This document shows, piece after piece, positions 38,245 to 47,260 of a stretch of DNA of 64,000 bases. Location: positions 1,696,001 through 1,760,000 of the forward strand of contig OY970323.1 of the NCBI GenBank assembly GCA_963716985.1, in the 5' to 3' direction. The position numbers were made by a program, and so were the translations under genes. The stretch comes from an uncultured bacterium (GTDB taxonomy: Bacteria > Chlamydiota > Chlamydiia > Chlamydiales > SM23-39). A model generated the notes under the pieces. That model made no database searches. It worked only from the letters and a program-made list of their open reading frames with translations, and was not told the origin of the DNA. Positions within the stretch are counted from its first letter, which is position 1. The number at the start of each line of letters is the position of its first letter.

Positions 38245-40083
38245 ATGTTTCAAAAATTCTCTTTTAATTATCTATATTTTGGTTTTCTTTTCACTCTCTT
38301 CTCCCTGCTGCATTTTCTCTCTCTTCCCATGACAAAAGAAGGGCTTTTATTTCTGGGCGAATCTCTCTGTCAGACAACGCTTAGCATTTTCGCTTTGATC
38401 GCAGCCACGCTCTTGATCGAAAAGAAATGCTCTTTTTTTTACAAGCCCTGGATTGCCCTTCTTTTTTTCCTGCCGCTTCTCTATCTCATTGATTTCTTTC
38501 TTCTCTCCCTTATGGATGCTCCTCTGTCTCATGGAATCAACATCTTTCTCGGACAAGGAATCGGAAAACTTTTCGTCTCTCTTCGGGCCGCCAACATCAA
38601 TACGCCTCTTCTTGTCTTTATTTCCATCACCCTTCTCTCTCTGCCGCTATTGGCTCTTTGGATCGACTATCGGACCAAAAAATACACGCAAAAAAGGCCC
38701 CTCTATCTCTCTTGTTCGCATCTATTGAAATTCTTCGTTTTTTTTTCTGCCTTGCTGATGGTGTTCGACTATTCGATTTGTAAAACACTCTCTCTTTCCC
38801 ATCTGAGCCGCTTGGAGCGCCGGCTGCCTTGGGGAACGACCCTTTTTTCTCCGCCGCCTCTTTCTCTGATCTCCTTCGCCGATGCCCTCAACCGCCCTCT
38901 AGAGGAAAAGATCCCGTCCTTGCAATCGAAAGAGAATCTGCCAAACATCTACCTTTTTATTGTGGAATCGTTAAGAAACGATGCCATCACGGAAAAAACG
39001 GCCGCCCGTCTTTTTTCCTTTCAAAAGCAGAACATTTCTCTGCCCATGACCTTTGCTTCTGCCAATTTTTCCCCGATCTCATGGTTTTCGATTTTTCATG
39101 GACGCTTTCCGATCTATTGGAGAGAAAGGTTAGAAAAAAAAGGAAGCCTTCCTCTTTCTCTTCTCAAACAATTGGGTTATAAAATACACCTTTTTTCTTC
39201 TGCCGAACTCGAATATTTCCACATGGATGAATCGATTTTTGGGCCCGATCATCAACTGGCCGACGAATATTGCGCTCTTCCCCAAGAGATGGAGGTTTGC
39301 GCAAGAGATGCACAAGCGATCTCTCTTTTGCAAAACGCTCTTTGCCAAAAAGAAAATGGGAATGGCAACTGCTTCATTATTTTTCTAGACTCTACCCATT
39401 CGGAATATAGCTGGCCGAAAAACTTTCCGCCGCTTTTCGCCCCCTTCTCCTCCACCATCCCCTACCTTTTCTTAAGCCAAAGCCGCTCGTTTCTCCCCTG
39501 CGTCAAGAATCGCTATTACAATGCCATCCATTATATCGATCATCTTTTCGGATCTTTTTTAGACACGCTCAAGGAAAACCACTTAAGCGATTCTTCGATC
39601 ATCGTTTTCACAGCAGATCACGGAGAAGAGTTTTTTGAAGAGGGCGCTCTTTTTCACGGCACGCATCTCAACAATCCCCAAACGCGCATTCCGATCTATT
39701 ATCAATTTCCCAAGTGCGACTTAAAAGTCCAAACGGAAATGACCTCTCATATTGACATTTTTCCAACGCTGCTCCACTTCGTCTCGCAAGATCCCTCCCT
39801 CTCCTCTCTCTTCGACGGAGCTTCTCTCTTTGCTTCCGCTCGATGGCCCTATATCCTCACCGTGCATCAAAACGGAGGAAAGACTCCCTACATCATTTCC
39901 CTGCTCCACGAAAAGGGGCGTTTGATCGGAAAGCTGAAAAAAAATATTTTTGAGTCCAAGCAGTTTGAAATCATCTCCCTGAAAAACTTAAAAGATGAAG
40001 AGATAGAAAAAAACGACCCCTCGTTTCAAGAGCTGACGGGGGAGTTTTCCGATGTTTTCGCTCCCTTCTTCCGAAAAAGATGA
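38245..40083 (+). CDS. Membrane-anchored sulfatase-fold protein (YejM/LapC-like), paralog
   Basis: PNIYLFIVESLR; DSTHSEY; RYYNAIHYID; TADHGEEF; SHIDIFPT. Confidence 0.85.
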   Translation: MFQKFSFNYLYFGFLFTLFSLLHFLSLPMTKEGLLFLGESLCQTTLSIFALIAATLLIEKKCSFFYKPWIALLFFLPLLYLIDFFLLSLMDAPLSHGINIFLGQGIGKLFVSLRAANINTPLLVFISITLLSLPLLALWIDYRTKKYTQKRPLYLSCSHLLKFFVFFSALLMVFDYSICKTLSLSHLSRLERRLPWGTTLFSPPPLSLISFADALNRPLEEKIPSLQSKENLPNIYLFIVESLRNDAITEKTAARLFSFQKQNISLPMTFASANFSPISWFSIFHGRFPIYWRERLEKKGSLPLSLLKQLGYKIHLFSSAELEYFHMDESIFGPDHQLADEYCALPQEMEVCARDAQAISLLQNALCQKENGNGNCFIIFLDSTHSEYSWPKNFPPLFAPFSSTIPYLFLSQSRSFLPCVKNRYYNAIHYIDHLFGSFLDTLKENHLSDSSIIVFTADHGEEFFEEGALFHGTHLNNPQTRIPIYYQFPKCDLKVQTEMTSHIDIFPTLLHFVSQDPSLSSLFDGASLFASARWPYILTVHQNGGKTPYIISLLHEKGRLIGKLKKNIFESKQFEIISLKNLKDEEIEKNDPSFQELTGEFSDVFAPFFRKR

Positions 40084-40084
40084 C

Positions 40085-41146
40085 TCATTTTGACTTCGGA
40101 TTAAATTCCTTGAGAAGCCCATCCGCACTATCGGTAAAGGCCATCCATGTCTCCCTTGCTTCCGTGCCTTGCAAAGAATTGACATAACCCGCCAAATTTC
40201 TTGCCTCTTTCCAAAGAGTCACTTGAGGAGATTCTTGAAGAGGGAAAAAATAATCATAAATCTTCAGGTAGAGGGGAGATTCTCTATCAATGACAGGGCC
40301 GCAATCGTCGGGAATCTGTTCTAGTTCTCGCAGTAGGGAAAACCTTTCTTTTTCTCTTCGGGGAAGGTTGCGGAAATTTTTTTGCAGTCGTTGCATTTCT
40401 GCGATTTTCGGAAAAAAAATGCGAGGAAGATTTTTCCAGGTAGGTTTTGTGGAAGAGCGAAGAATACATTCGACCATCACCCGAAAGCATTCTTCTAGCG
40501 TAGCCGGTTCTGATCCGCTCACTTCTTGTAGATAACTTTGCTTCGTCACAATGGGTCTTTCCGTCTCTCGCGCAGGCGCAGGAGCTCTCCTTGAAAAAAA
40601 ATTCTTGAACACCGTCAAAAATTTCTCACCAGCTGTAGGAGGGGAAGGCTGAGAGGGCAAAGGACGGACGTGATTTCTTAGGACGGCTTGGCAGAAAAGC
40701 GCTCTCTGTTCGGCTGTTTCGATTCTTTTGCCCTCCGCCCAGCTATCAAACAGTGGAACGATTTTGTTATACACAAGGCACATTCCGCCCATCCCTAAGA
40801 GGATTTGCGCCCAAGTCTTCGATCCGATAGCAACACCTCCGAAAAGTCCGCAAAGAGGAAGGGCTACGTAGACTATTTTGCTGATTTTTTCCCCTCTCTT
40901 GCCCTCCGCCCATCTCCACAACCGCTGAACGATCTTAACACCAAGGTACATCCCGCCCATTCCTAAGGGGATATGCGCCCAACTCTTCGATCCGATACCG
41001 GCACCTCCAAATAGTCCAAAAAGAGGAATGACCATCCAGGCATAATTTCTGATTTTGTCAATCGTCGATGGACGTCTATTTTGTTCATAGAGTTGCATGG
41101 GATCTGCCACAACCGTTAATCCTCTGTCGACGACACTCTGAGCCAC
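40085..41146 (-). CDS. Inc-like hypothetical protein with duplicated hydrophobic hairpin
   Basis: GGAGG RBS + GTG start; two ~57-aa repeats PLxGLFGGxxIGSKxWAxIxLGMGGM...WAEGKR. Confidence 0.75.
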   Translation of the reverse strand: MAQSVVDRGLTVVADPMQLYEQNRRPSTIDKIRNYAWMVIPLFGLFGGAGIGSKSWAHIPLGMGGMYLGVKIVQRLWRWAEGKRGEKISKIVYVALPLCGLFGGVAIGSKTWAQILLGMGGMCLVYNKIVPLFDSWAEGKRIETAEQRALFCQAVLRNHVRPLPSQPSPPTAGEKFLTVFKNFFSRRAPAPARETERPIVTKQSYLQEVSGSEPATLEECFRVMVECILRSSTKPTWKNLPRIFFPKIAEMQRLQKNFRNLPRREKERFSLLRELEQIPDDCGPVIDRESPLYLKIYDYFFPLQESPQVTLWKEARNLAGYVNSLQGTEARETWMAFTDSADGLLKEFNPKSK

Positions 41147-41307
41147 ACCCCCCTCCTTTTTTCAAATCAATTTTAGCTAGATAGATTACCAGCTCTCAAA
41201 AGAAAAATACAAGATTTTGCGAACAGAGCGAAGAATCGAAGTTTCTTCCCCTTATTCGATCTTTTTTATATCCGCAAACTACTAACGATTACTCACATAT
41301 ATAAATC

Positions 41308-41360
41308 AATCGATAGCTCGATTAATTTTGCGGTTTTTTTAATCGACTGATCGATTAAAA
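41308..41360. promoter_or_regulatory. Twin palindromic operator-like sites
   Basis: AATCGA-N4-TCGATT at 41308-41323 and 41341-41356, just upstream of ATG 41368. Confidence 0.55.
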
Positions 41361-41367
41361 TAAGGTT

Positions 41368-42618
41368 ATGGCGACACGAGGTGAATTAAAAAAAGCTTTA
41401 CAGGACTGGCAGCAGTGGCTGAACAAAAACAGCCATTTGATCGTCCCCAGAAGCTCCCTTCTTAGTCAACAAAAGGATCTCTGCCTAGCGCTTACTGGGG
41501 TGAGGCGTTCCGGAAAATCCTCCATGACAGTCCAGTTGGCGCTGGGACGATTGGAGGAGACCTTTTTTTTTAATTTTGAGGATCCGATTTTTTTCCCAGG
41601 GGCCAGCGTTGAAGTACTTGATCAACTTCTCTCACTCTATGAAGAAGAAACAGGAAAGATGCCCAAGCTAGTAATTTTGGATGAAATCCAAAATGTCCAG
41701 GGATGGGAGCGGTGGGCGCGAAAAGCAATCGACTTAGGGCATTACCAAATCGTTATAACCGGCTCTTCTTCTCATTTATTGAGTTCCGAGATTGCGACAG
41801 CTCTTTCCGGACGGGTTATCGAACAAACTATCTGGCCCCTTTCCCTTTCCGAATATTTAACATTTTTGGGTAAAACGCCATCTACGAAGGGAGCTTGGTT
41901 ACGCGCATTAGAAAATTATCTGCGTTGGGGAGGCTTTCCAAAAGTCATCTTAACACCGGACGAAAATGATCGGATCATTTTATTAAAACAGTACCTTAGT
42001 GATATTGTGCTACGAGATGTTGTTGCAAGACACTCCATTAAAAACCAACAAGCCTTGCATCAAATAGTTAGTTTCTATTTAACAGGTGTGAGTTGTTTAC
42101 ATTCCTACAATTCCCTACGAAAAGCTTTTGAAATTTCGATTGAACTAGCCTCAACATTGACAGGTTATTTAACACAAGCTTTCCTTGTCTTTGAAATGAG
42201 CCGTTACCATCCCAATCTCAAAGTACAAGCCCGCGACCCTAAAAAAATTTACGTGATTGACACGGGCCTGCGCACAGTATCCCTGCAATCCAATCGAGAG
42301 GATTGGGGCCGTTTGGCGGAAAACGCTGTCTACTTAGAATTAAGGCGCAGGGGCAAACAAGCGTTCTATTATAAACAAGTGCAAGAAGTCGACTTTGTAA
42401 TCACAGAATTGGGAAAACCTGTAGATGCGATACAAGTGTGCTACTCCGATCTTGAGGATCAAGAAACGCGTAACCGCGAGATCAATGCTCTGCTAGAATG
42501 TTTGCGGGCCTTAGAACTCCCCTCGGGAAAAATATTAACACTTTCTTTGGAAGATGTGCTCTTAAAGGAGGAGAAAGCGATTCATCTCATCCCGCTCTAT
42601 CAATGGCTGTCTAAATGA
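41368..42618 (+). CDS. AAA_14 + DUF4143 ATP-binding protein
   Basis: GVRRSGKS; FNFED; LDEIQ; TGSSS.LLS.E..T.LSGR; WGGFP; PKKIYVIDTGL; EN.VY.EL; EVDF. Confidence 0.92.
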   Translation: MATRGELKKALQDWQQWLNKNSHLIVPRSSLLSQQKDLCLALTGVRRSGKSSMTVQLALGRLEETFFFNFEDPIFFPGASVEVLDQLLSLYEEETGKMPKLVILDEIQNVQGWERWARKAIDLGHYQIVITGSSSHLLSSEIATALSGRVIEQTIWPLSLSEYLTFLGKTPSTKGAWLRALENYLRWGGFPKVILTPDENDRIILLKQYLSDIVLRDVVARHSIKNQQALHQIVSFYLTGVSCLHSYNSLRKAFEISIELASTLTGYLTQAFLVFEMSRYHPNLKVQARDPKKIYVIDTGLRTVSLQSNREDWGRLAENAVYLELRRRGKQAFYYKQVQEVDFVITELGKPVDAIQVCYSDLEDQETRNREINALLECLRALELPSGKILTLSLEDVLLKEEKAIHLIPLYQWLSK

Positions 42619-42669
42619 GAGGACCTTTCAGCCAGACATGTTCTGATTTTGCGCCGGTTTCATCTGGTT

Positions 42670-42695
42670 TAGTGCGTAAAAACTGCGTAAATTGA
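42670..42695 (+). repeat. Integrase arm-type repeat (left); inverted partner at 44651-44676
   Basis: TAGTGCGTAAAAACTGCGTAAATTGA, containing tandem TGCGTAA. Confidence 0.6.
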
Positions 42696-42745
42696 TGTCG
42701 ACTTAGCAGATTTTATCTATGAAATTCAAGTTTGAATTCCCCAGT

Positions 42746-42766
42746 GTTCGATTCTCTCCACCTCCA
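42746..42766 (+). repeat. att-like core 1, tmRNA 3'-end-like
   Basis: GTTCGATTCTCTCCACCTCCA (T-loop plus acceptor 3' strand), followed by hairpin GGCCCGGG..CCCGGGTT + T-run. Confidence 0.75.
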
Positions 42767-42816
42767 AAAATACTAGGCCCGGGAAATACCCGGGTTTTTT
42801 ATTAGGAAAAGCTGCA

Positions 42817-43605
42817 ATGCCATTCTCACATTATGTTCCTCAATTTTACATAAGAAATTTTGGACTCAACGAAAAGCAAACCGCTAGATTTGATAAAAAA
42901 ACAGGTCAAAAAAAAGTAGTGCCTATTGAAAGCTTCTGCGGAGAGACTGACTACTTCGCATTCGATAAAGAAAGCCTAGACAATCTTCCCAAGCATCTCC
43001 AATGGATTCATCAAGACTCGATCGAAAATTTATTGGGCTCTGATATTGAAGGCCCTGTAAGCTCTATATTGAAAACTCTTATAGCTGAAAGAACGTTGCA
43101 AGCTATCTCAGAAAGCAATATCCGAATGCTTCTAGAATGGGGTGCATGGATGTTTATAGCCAACCCGCAATCCATAGCGCTAAGTTCAATTGAAACAATA
43201 ACGAATCACTACCTGGATATTGATCATACAAAACTCTCCAAAACAGAAAGACTGAAATTATTTATAGATCTTCATGAGCAGATAACTCCAATTTTCCAAA
43301 AACGAGGATGGATTCTCCAATTGATCGATCCAAATCATGGATATCTACTATCGAGTGATCGACCAGTCATGGTTGGAGGCAGGTCCCTGCAAGAGCTTCC
43401 ACAACTTTCAAATCAAACGATTATTTTCCCCCTATCTCCCCAATTAGTCCTCATAGGCAATAGCAATCCTATTTGGGGCTACGCCAGCAAACCCCTTGAA
43501 AGCACAAAAGAAGCTTCCCTCATGACAAATATTCTCACTCTAGCACAATCTTTTCGATTTATATTCGGGGCTGACATGAGTGACATAGACAATTTAGTGT
43601 CTTAA
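42817..43605 (+). CDS. DUF4238 domain protein
   Basis: HYVPQFYIRNF N-terminus; LSSDRPV; IIFPLSPQL. Confidence 0.85.
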   Translation: MPFSHYVPQFYIRNFGLNEKQTARFDKKTGQKKVVPIESFCGETDYFAFDKESLDNLPKHLQWIHQDSIENLLGSDIEGPVSSILKTLIAERTLQAISESNIRMLLEWGAWMFIANPQSIALSSIETITNHYLDIDHTKLSKTERLKLFIDLHEQITPIFQKRGWILQLIDPNHGYLLSSDRPVMVGGRSLQELPQLSNQTIIFPLSPQLVLIGNSNPIWGYASKPLESTKEASLMTNILTLAQSFRFIFGADMSDIDNLVS

Positions 43606-43634
43606 ACGACAAACCCAAGCTTTGAGAAATTTTA

Positions 43635-43654
43635 AATGCATTTATCCACCTCCA
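43635..43654 (+). repeat. att-like core 2 (degenerate)
   Basis: AATGCATTTATCCACCTCCA; matches cores 3 and 4 with 2 mismatches. Confidence 0.65.
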
Positions 43655-43755
43655 TTTCTCATTGACCTATGATTTTTCAAAAAGAGCTGGTAAACATTCT
43701 TCTGAACGTTGCCTAATTTTCTCTTTTTGAGTTATACAAAAATGTTAACGACAAC

Positions 43756-43827
43756 TATAATGTTTGTATTATCCCGCATGGAGACCCCATGCGAAAGCCA
43801 CGGGCTCCGGCCCGTGGTTTCTTTTTT
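43756..43827 (+). promoter_or_regulatory. -10 box plus two-hairpin leader ending in an intrinsic terminator
   Basis: TATAAT at 43756; CGCATGG/CCATGCG; CCACGGGC-TCCG-GCCCGTGG + TTTCTTTTTT. Confidence 0.6.
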
Positions 43828-43841
43828 CACTTGGATCGAAT

Positions 43842-44498
43842 ATGCAACCAAAACGGGTCGTATCTTTCGTAGATGGTTTCAATCTCTATCACGCTATAGA
43901 TAATCTTCGACGTCCAGAACTGAAATGGGTCAATTTGACAACTCTTTCTCAAGTATTTCTCAAACCTATTTCTGAAAAACTTGTCAGAGTATTTTACTTT
44001 TCTGCTTATGCCGATCATATGCCCGAACCAGTTCAAAAACGACAAAAGGCTTATGTGCAAGCTTTATCACTACAAGGTGTTCAACCAATTCTTGGAAATT
44101 TCAAAAGGAAAGATAGAAAATGCCCTGAATGCCATCATAAATGGATTGGACATGAAGAAAAAGAAACAGATGTCAATATCGCTTTGTATCTTCTCGATCT
44201 CGCTTATCAAGATGCTTTTGATCGCGCGCTGATCATTTCCAATGATTCTGATCTTTCCCCAGCTATTAGAATGGTCAGAAAACGTTTTCCTGAAAAATGC
44301 ATTACCACGGTAGTTCCTCCTAATTGCTTACACAGTAACGAATTGATTAGAGCCTCTTCCGATAAGACAAAAATCCGCGTAGAACATCTTGAACGTTGTC
44401 TTTTGCCAGAAGTTGTAACTGATGCTTCTCGCTTGATTTCAATATCACGCCCGAAGGAGTATGCTCCAGCTGTTTTAGCTGTTTCTTCAAAACCATGA
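43842..44498 (+). CDS. NYN-domain (PIN-like, LabA/DUF88) putative RNase
   Basis: FVDGFNLYH; EEKETDVNIA; ISNDSDLSPAI; CPEC insert. Confidence 0.92.
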   Translation: MQPKRVVSFVDGFNLYHAIDNLRRPELKWVNLTTLSQVFLKPISEKLVRVFYFSAYADHMPEPVQKRQKAYVQALSLQGVQPILGNFKRKDRKCPECHHKWIGHEEKETDVNIALYLLDLAYQDAFDRALIISNDSDLSPAIRMVRKRFPEKCITTVVPPNCLHSNELIRASSDKTKIRVEHLERCLLPEVVTDASRLISISRPKEYAPAVLAVSSKP

Positions 44499-44527
44499 TT
44501 ATTTTCATCGCCATTTGATCCCATCGG

Positions 44528-44556
44528 AAAGTTCTGAATGCATCTCTCCACCTCCA
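44528..44556 (+). repeat. att-like core 3
   Basis: AAAGTTCTGAATGCATCTCTCCACCTCCA, followed by terminator AAGGCTTCAGT..ACTGAAGCCTTTT. Confidence 0.8.
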
Positions 44557-44650
44557 ATCCAAATTAAGGCTTCAGTTTCGCGACTGAAGCCTTTTGTTTT
44601 TAGTGACATACAACTAGAAATTCACACCTAAAAATTCAGCTGCGCAAAGC

Positions 44651-44676
44651 TCAATTACGCAGTATTTACGCACTAG
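44651..44676 (-). repeat. Integrase arm-type repeat (right)
   Basis: TCAATTACGCAGTATTTACGCACTAG = near reverse complement of 42670-42695. Confidence 0.6.
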
Positions 44677-44845
44677 ACTGGATGAAATCAGAGCAAAACG
44701 ACCACTTCTTTTCACTTTTTTCGCTGTGGAGAAAAGTACTTCATCAAGAACTCTGCATACCAATTTTCAAGCTCCTGTCGGATTTTTTCCATCACTTCAG
44801 GAATAAGAACAATTTCCTGTTCAGATATGAATCCAGTTATCAATT

Positions 44846-46537
44846 GAGTGTGTTCGATTTGACTTCAAAAACCGAATTTATGATGCATTGATGGTTCGAT
44901 ATAATCTTTGCCGCTCCATCTCGATATAATATTCAAAATATTTATCCCAATCCCCGTTCTGATTAACCGCACGTAAATTTAGAATCGCCTGTACTCCTTC
45001 ATGCGTCCACTTCATGCCAGACCGATCGGTTCTGTTTTTTACGAGACTGCCACAAGCGCCCTCAACAACACCTGTGCCGATCGGATATCCCTTTTTTAAG
45101 TACTCGTCATATTTCATCATGTGCTTGTGATTGCTTAAATATGTGATCACTTTTTGCAGCATCGACTTCTGGCTCTCTTTCAGACCACGCTTGTTTTTCT
45201 TAAGAATTTGTCTCATGGCCCCTACGACATACCCAACTTTTCCCTCTAAAATCGCAAGCAGCTTGTCAGCAACCCATTGCTGTCTTCTTTGATCTTTCTC
45301 CCCATATAAGGCGGTTCCGCTTTCCCACAAATACTCAGTAGCATGAAAAATATCTAAAATATAAGCGTCAACGCGATGCTTCCATTTTCTTTTTGCCATC
45401 TCTTCTTTAAAGCGATTCTCAAGTGCCGAGGCTCCATCGATCAACACGATCATTTTTTTATCCTGCGCGGGATTTCTGTGTAATATCTGATCGGCAAGTC
45501 TTTCAAAGGCTTTTTCTTTGCCATCCATCGCAGCATGAACTTCTTTGTTAATAGGCTCTCTTGGTTCCAATTTTCCTGCTTCCCGTCTTTCTTTCTTGTG
45601 ATCGGCATACTCCGCTTGTTCTCGATCTGTATGCCAATGCATAAGGCTTTTTTGCATCTCCTGGGGCGTACGAGATTCGGGGTGAAATGTAAAATGAGAA
45701 GTCACCACTGCATCTCTTCGTAGCCCTTTCCTTTTATCGCCCTTTTCTCTGCGTACTTTTTTCTGTTTTGGTTCTTTATTAGGAGATCTTTCTTCCGGAA
45801 CCATGGGAATGCCTTTGCAATCCATTGTCACTGCTATAACCGAACCTTCTGTATCTTCAAATTTTTTGATTCCTTTATAGAAGCTATGAACATAAGCTGC
45901 TGCTCTCATAACCATAGACTGGATTGCTTCTGGCCATAGACAGATTCCGAAAATTTTGTCGATTGTGGATAAAGCTTCACGATACGGCTGAGAAGCGATC
46001 AGCTTAAGGGTCATGTCTTGTAAAGCGTAAGAAAACTTTCCTTCCGGCAGATTCAGCTGATGATCCAAAGGACACAGTCCTTCTCCAGATCCTTTTTTCC
46101 AATAATAAGCGCGTTTGATCTTAACAGGGCCAAAAATTGACAAATACTCTCTTTCTGATTCCGCTTTAAATGGAAGTTGTGCTCCTTGGGTGTTATACGC
46201 ACAGTCATTTGGTGTGTCCTGGAGGGAATCTAAATGCTCCTGTAAGATCTTTTTACCCATTTCTAATATTGTTGCATAAATGGTGTTCTCGGTCTTATGC
46301 AAGGAATCCTCTCTGATTGTGCTCAAATGTTTTTTCAAAACGCACAACAAGTTACCAGAAGATCCAATTTTGGTCTCAATATGATGCAGTTCCAGGAAAA
46401 AATCTCCATAACATATGCAAGTTACGCAAATGTTATGCAAAATTTTAGCTTTAAAGTAAAATATTTTTTATAAGAAAGGAGAAATTTTCCCTATGATGGA
46501 TAACGGAATGGGGATAGAAGTCAAATCGAACACACTC
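44846..46537 (-). mobile_element. ISKra4-family-like insertion sequence
   Basis: Perfect 21-bp TIR GAGTGTGTTCGATTTGACTTC; no flanking direct repeat. Confidence 0.85.
44878..46440 (-). CDS. ISKra4-family DDE transposase
   Basis: SIFG.V.I.RAYY; LIDGA; ILDIFHATEYLW; M.YDEYL.KGYPIGTGVVEGAC..LVK.R..SGMKW. Confidence 0.9.
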   Translation of the reverse strand: MHNICVTCICYGDFFLELHHIETKIGSSGNLLCVLKKHLSTIREDSLHKTENTIYATILEMGKKILQEHLDSLQDTPNDCAYNTQGAQLPFKAESEREYLSIFGPVKIKRAYYWKKGSGEGLCPLDHQLNLPEGKFSYALQDMTLKLIASQPYREALSTIDKIFGICLWPEAIQSMVMRAAAYVHSFYKGIKKFEDTEGSVIAVTMDCKGIPMVPEERSPNKEPKQKKVRREKGDKRKGLRRDAVVTSHFTFHPESRTPQEMQKSLMHWHTDREQAEYADHKKERREAGKLEPREPINKEVHAAMDGKEKAFERLADQILHRNPAQDKKMIVLIDGASALENRFKEEMAKRKWKHRVDAYILDIFHATEYLWESGTALYGEKDQRRQQWVADKLLAILEGKVGYVVGAMRQILKKNKRGLKESQKSMLQKVITYLSNHKHMMKYDEYLKKGYPIGTGVVEGACGSLVKNRTDRSGMKWTHEGVQAILNLRAVNQNGDWDKYFEYYIEMERQRLYRTINAS

Positions 46538-46827
46538 AAAAGAAGAGTACGCAAATAAGGAACAATCAACGGACCGAGCGCAATATTTTCATGCGTCTCA
46601 ATAAAAATCGTTCGGTAGCCTTCACTTTTTGCCAAATGCTCAATTTCATTGAGTAGTACGGTTTTGCCCACTCCGCGGAGCCCCGTCAACAACATACTCT
46701 TTTCAGACCGCTTTTGCTTGATCCGACCTAAAAGAATTCGGGCTTGCTCAAGAGCAGGGCCCCTCCCGACCAGTTCAGGCGGTGGAGAGCCAGCTCCAGG
46801 TGAAAAAGGATTTTTGATTGGATCCAT
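46538..46827 (-). pseudogene. AAA_16-type ATPase truncated by the IS
   Basis: NPFSPGAGSPPPELVGR; TGLRGVGKTVLLN; runs into the IS TIR. Confidence 0.85.
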
Positions 46828-46975
46828 GATGTCCTAGTTATATCAACTTATGCAAACTTATACCAGAAACCAGAAATAAGTAGGTATAAGAATGTATAGG
46901 TTTCTGCCAATGAAAGACTAAGATCCATGCGAAATTTTGAATAAATTGAATACTTTCATGATTTCAATCTGGTCA

Positions 46976-47004
46976 AAAGTTCTGAATGCATCTCTCCACC
47001 TCCA
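46976..47004 (+). repeat. att-like core 4
   Basis: 29-bp identity with core 3; followed by GGCCG..CGGCC + T-run. Confidence 0.8.
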
Positions 47005-47260
47005 TTTCGGCCGGGCTTACAAATTCGGCCTTTTTTCTTTTTAATGACATTGTATTCAAAATATTTGAGAGACAACCCTTCCGATGGAAAGAAAAATTTC
47101 CTTTTCTATGATCCAAGAACAGGAAAAAAAAATCTTTATCAAAACTTTTTTCTAAAATCAACAAACCCGATTTTTTCAATGACAAGATCTTTGGCATCCA
47201 GGTAAGATAAATGCAAAAGCAAAGGATTACGAGTGATTCTAATGCTGACTCAGGAGATCT

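Noticed and set aside
43764..43841. TTG-initiated N-terminal extension of the NYN ORF
   Set aside because: The extension runs through two hairpins and a terminator; the domain begins just after ATG 43842.
42746..47004. CRISPR array or a complete tmRNA/tRNA gene at the repeated cores
   Set aside because: Spacing is ~0.9-2.4 kb with whole genes between repeats, and no 5' half of a tmRNA or tRNA is visible; only the 3'-end fragment is repeated.
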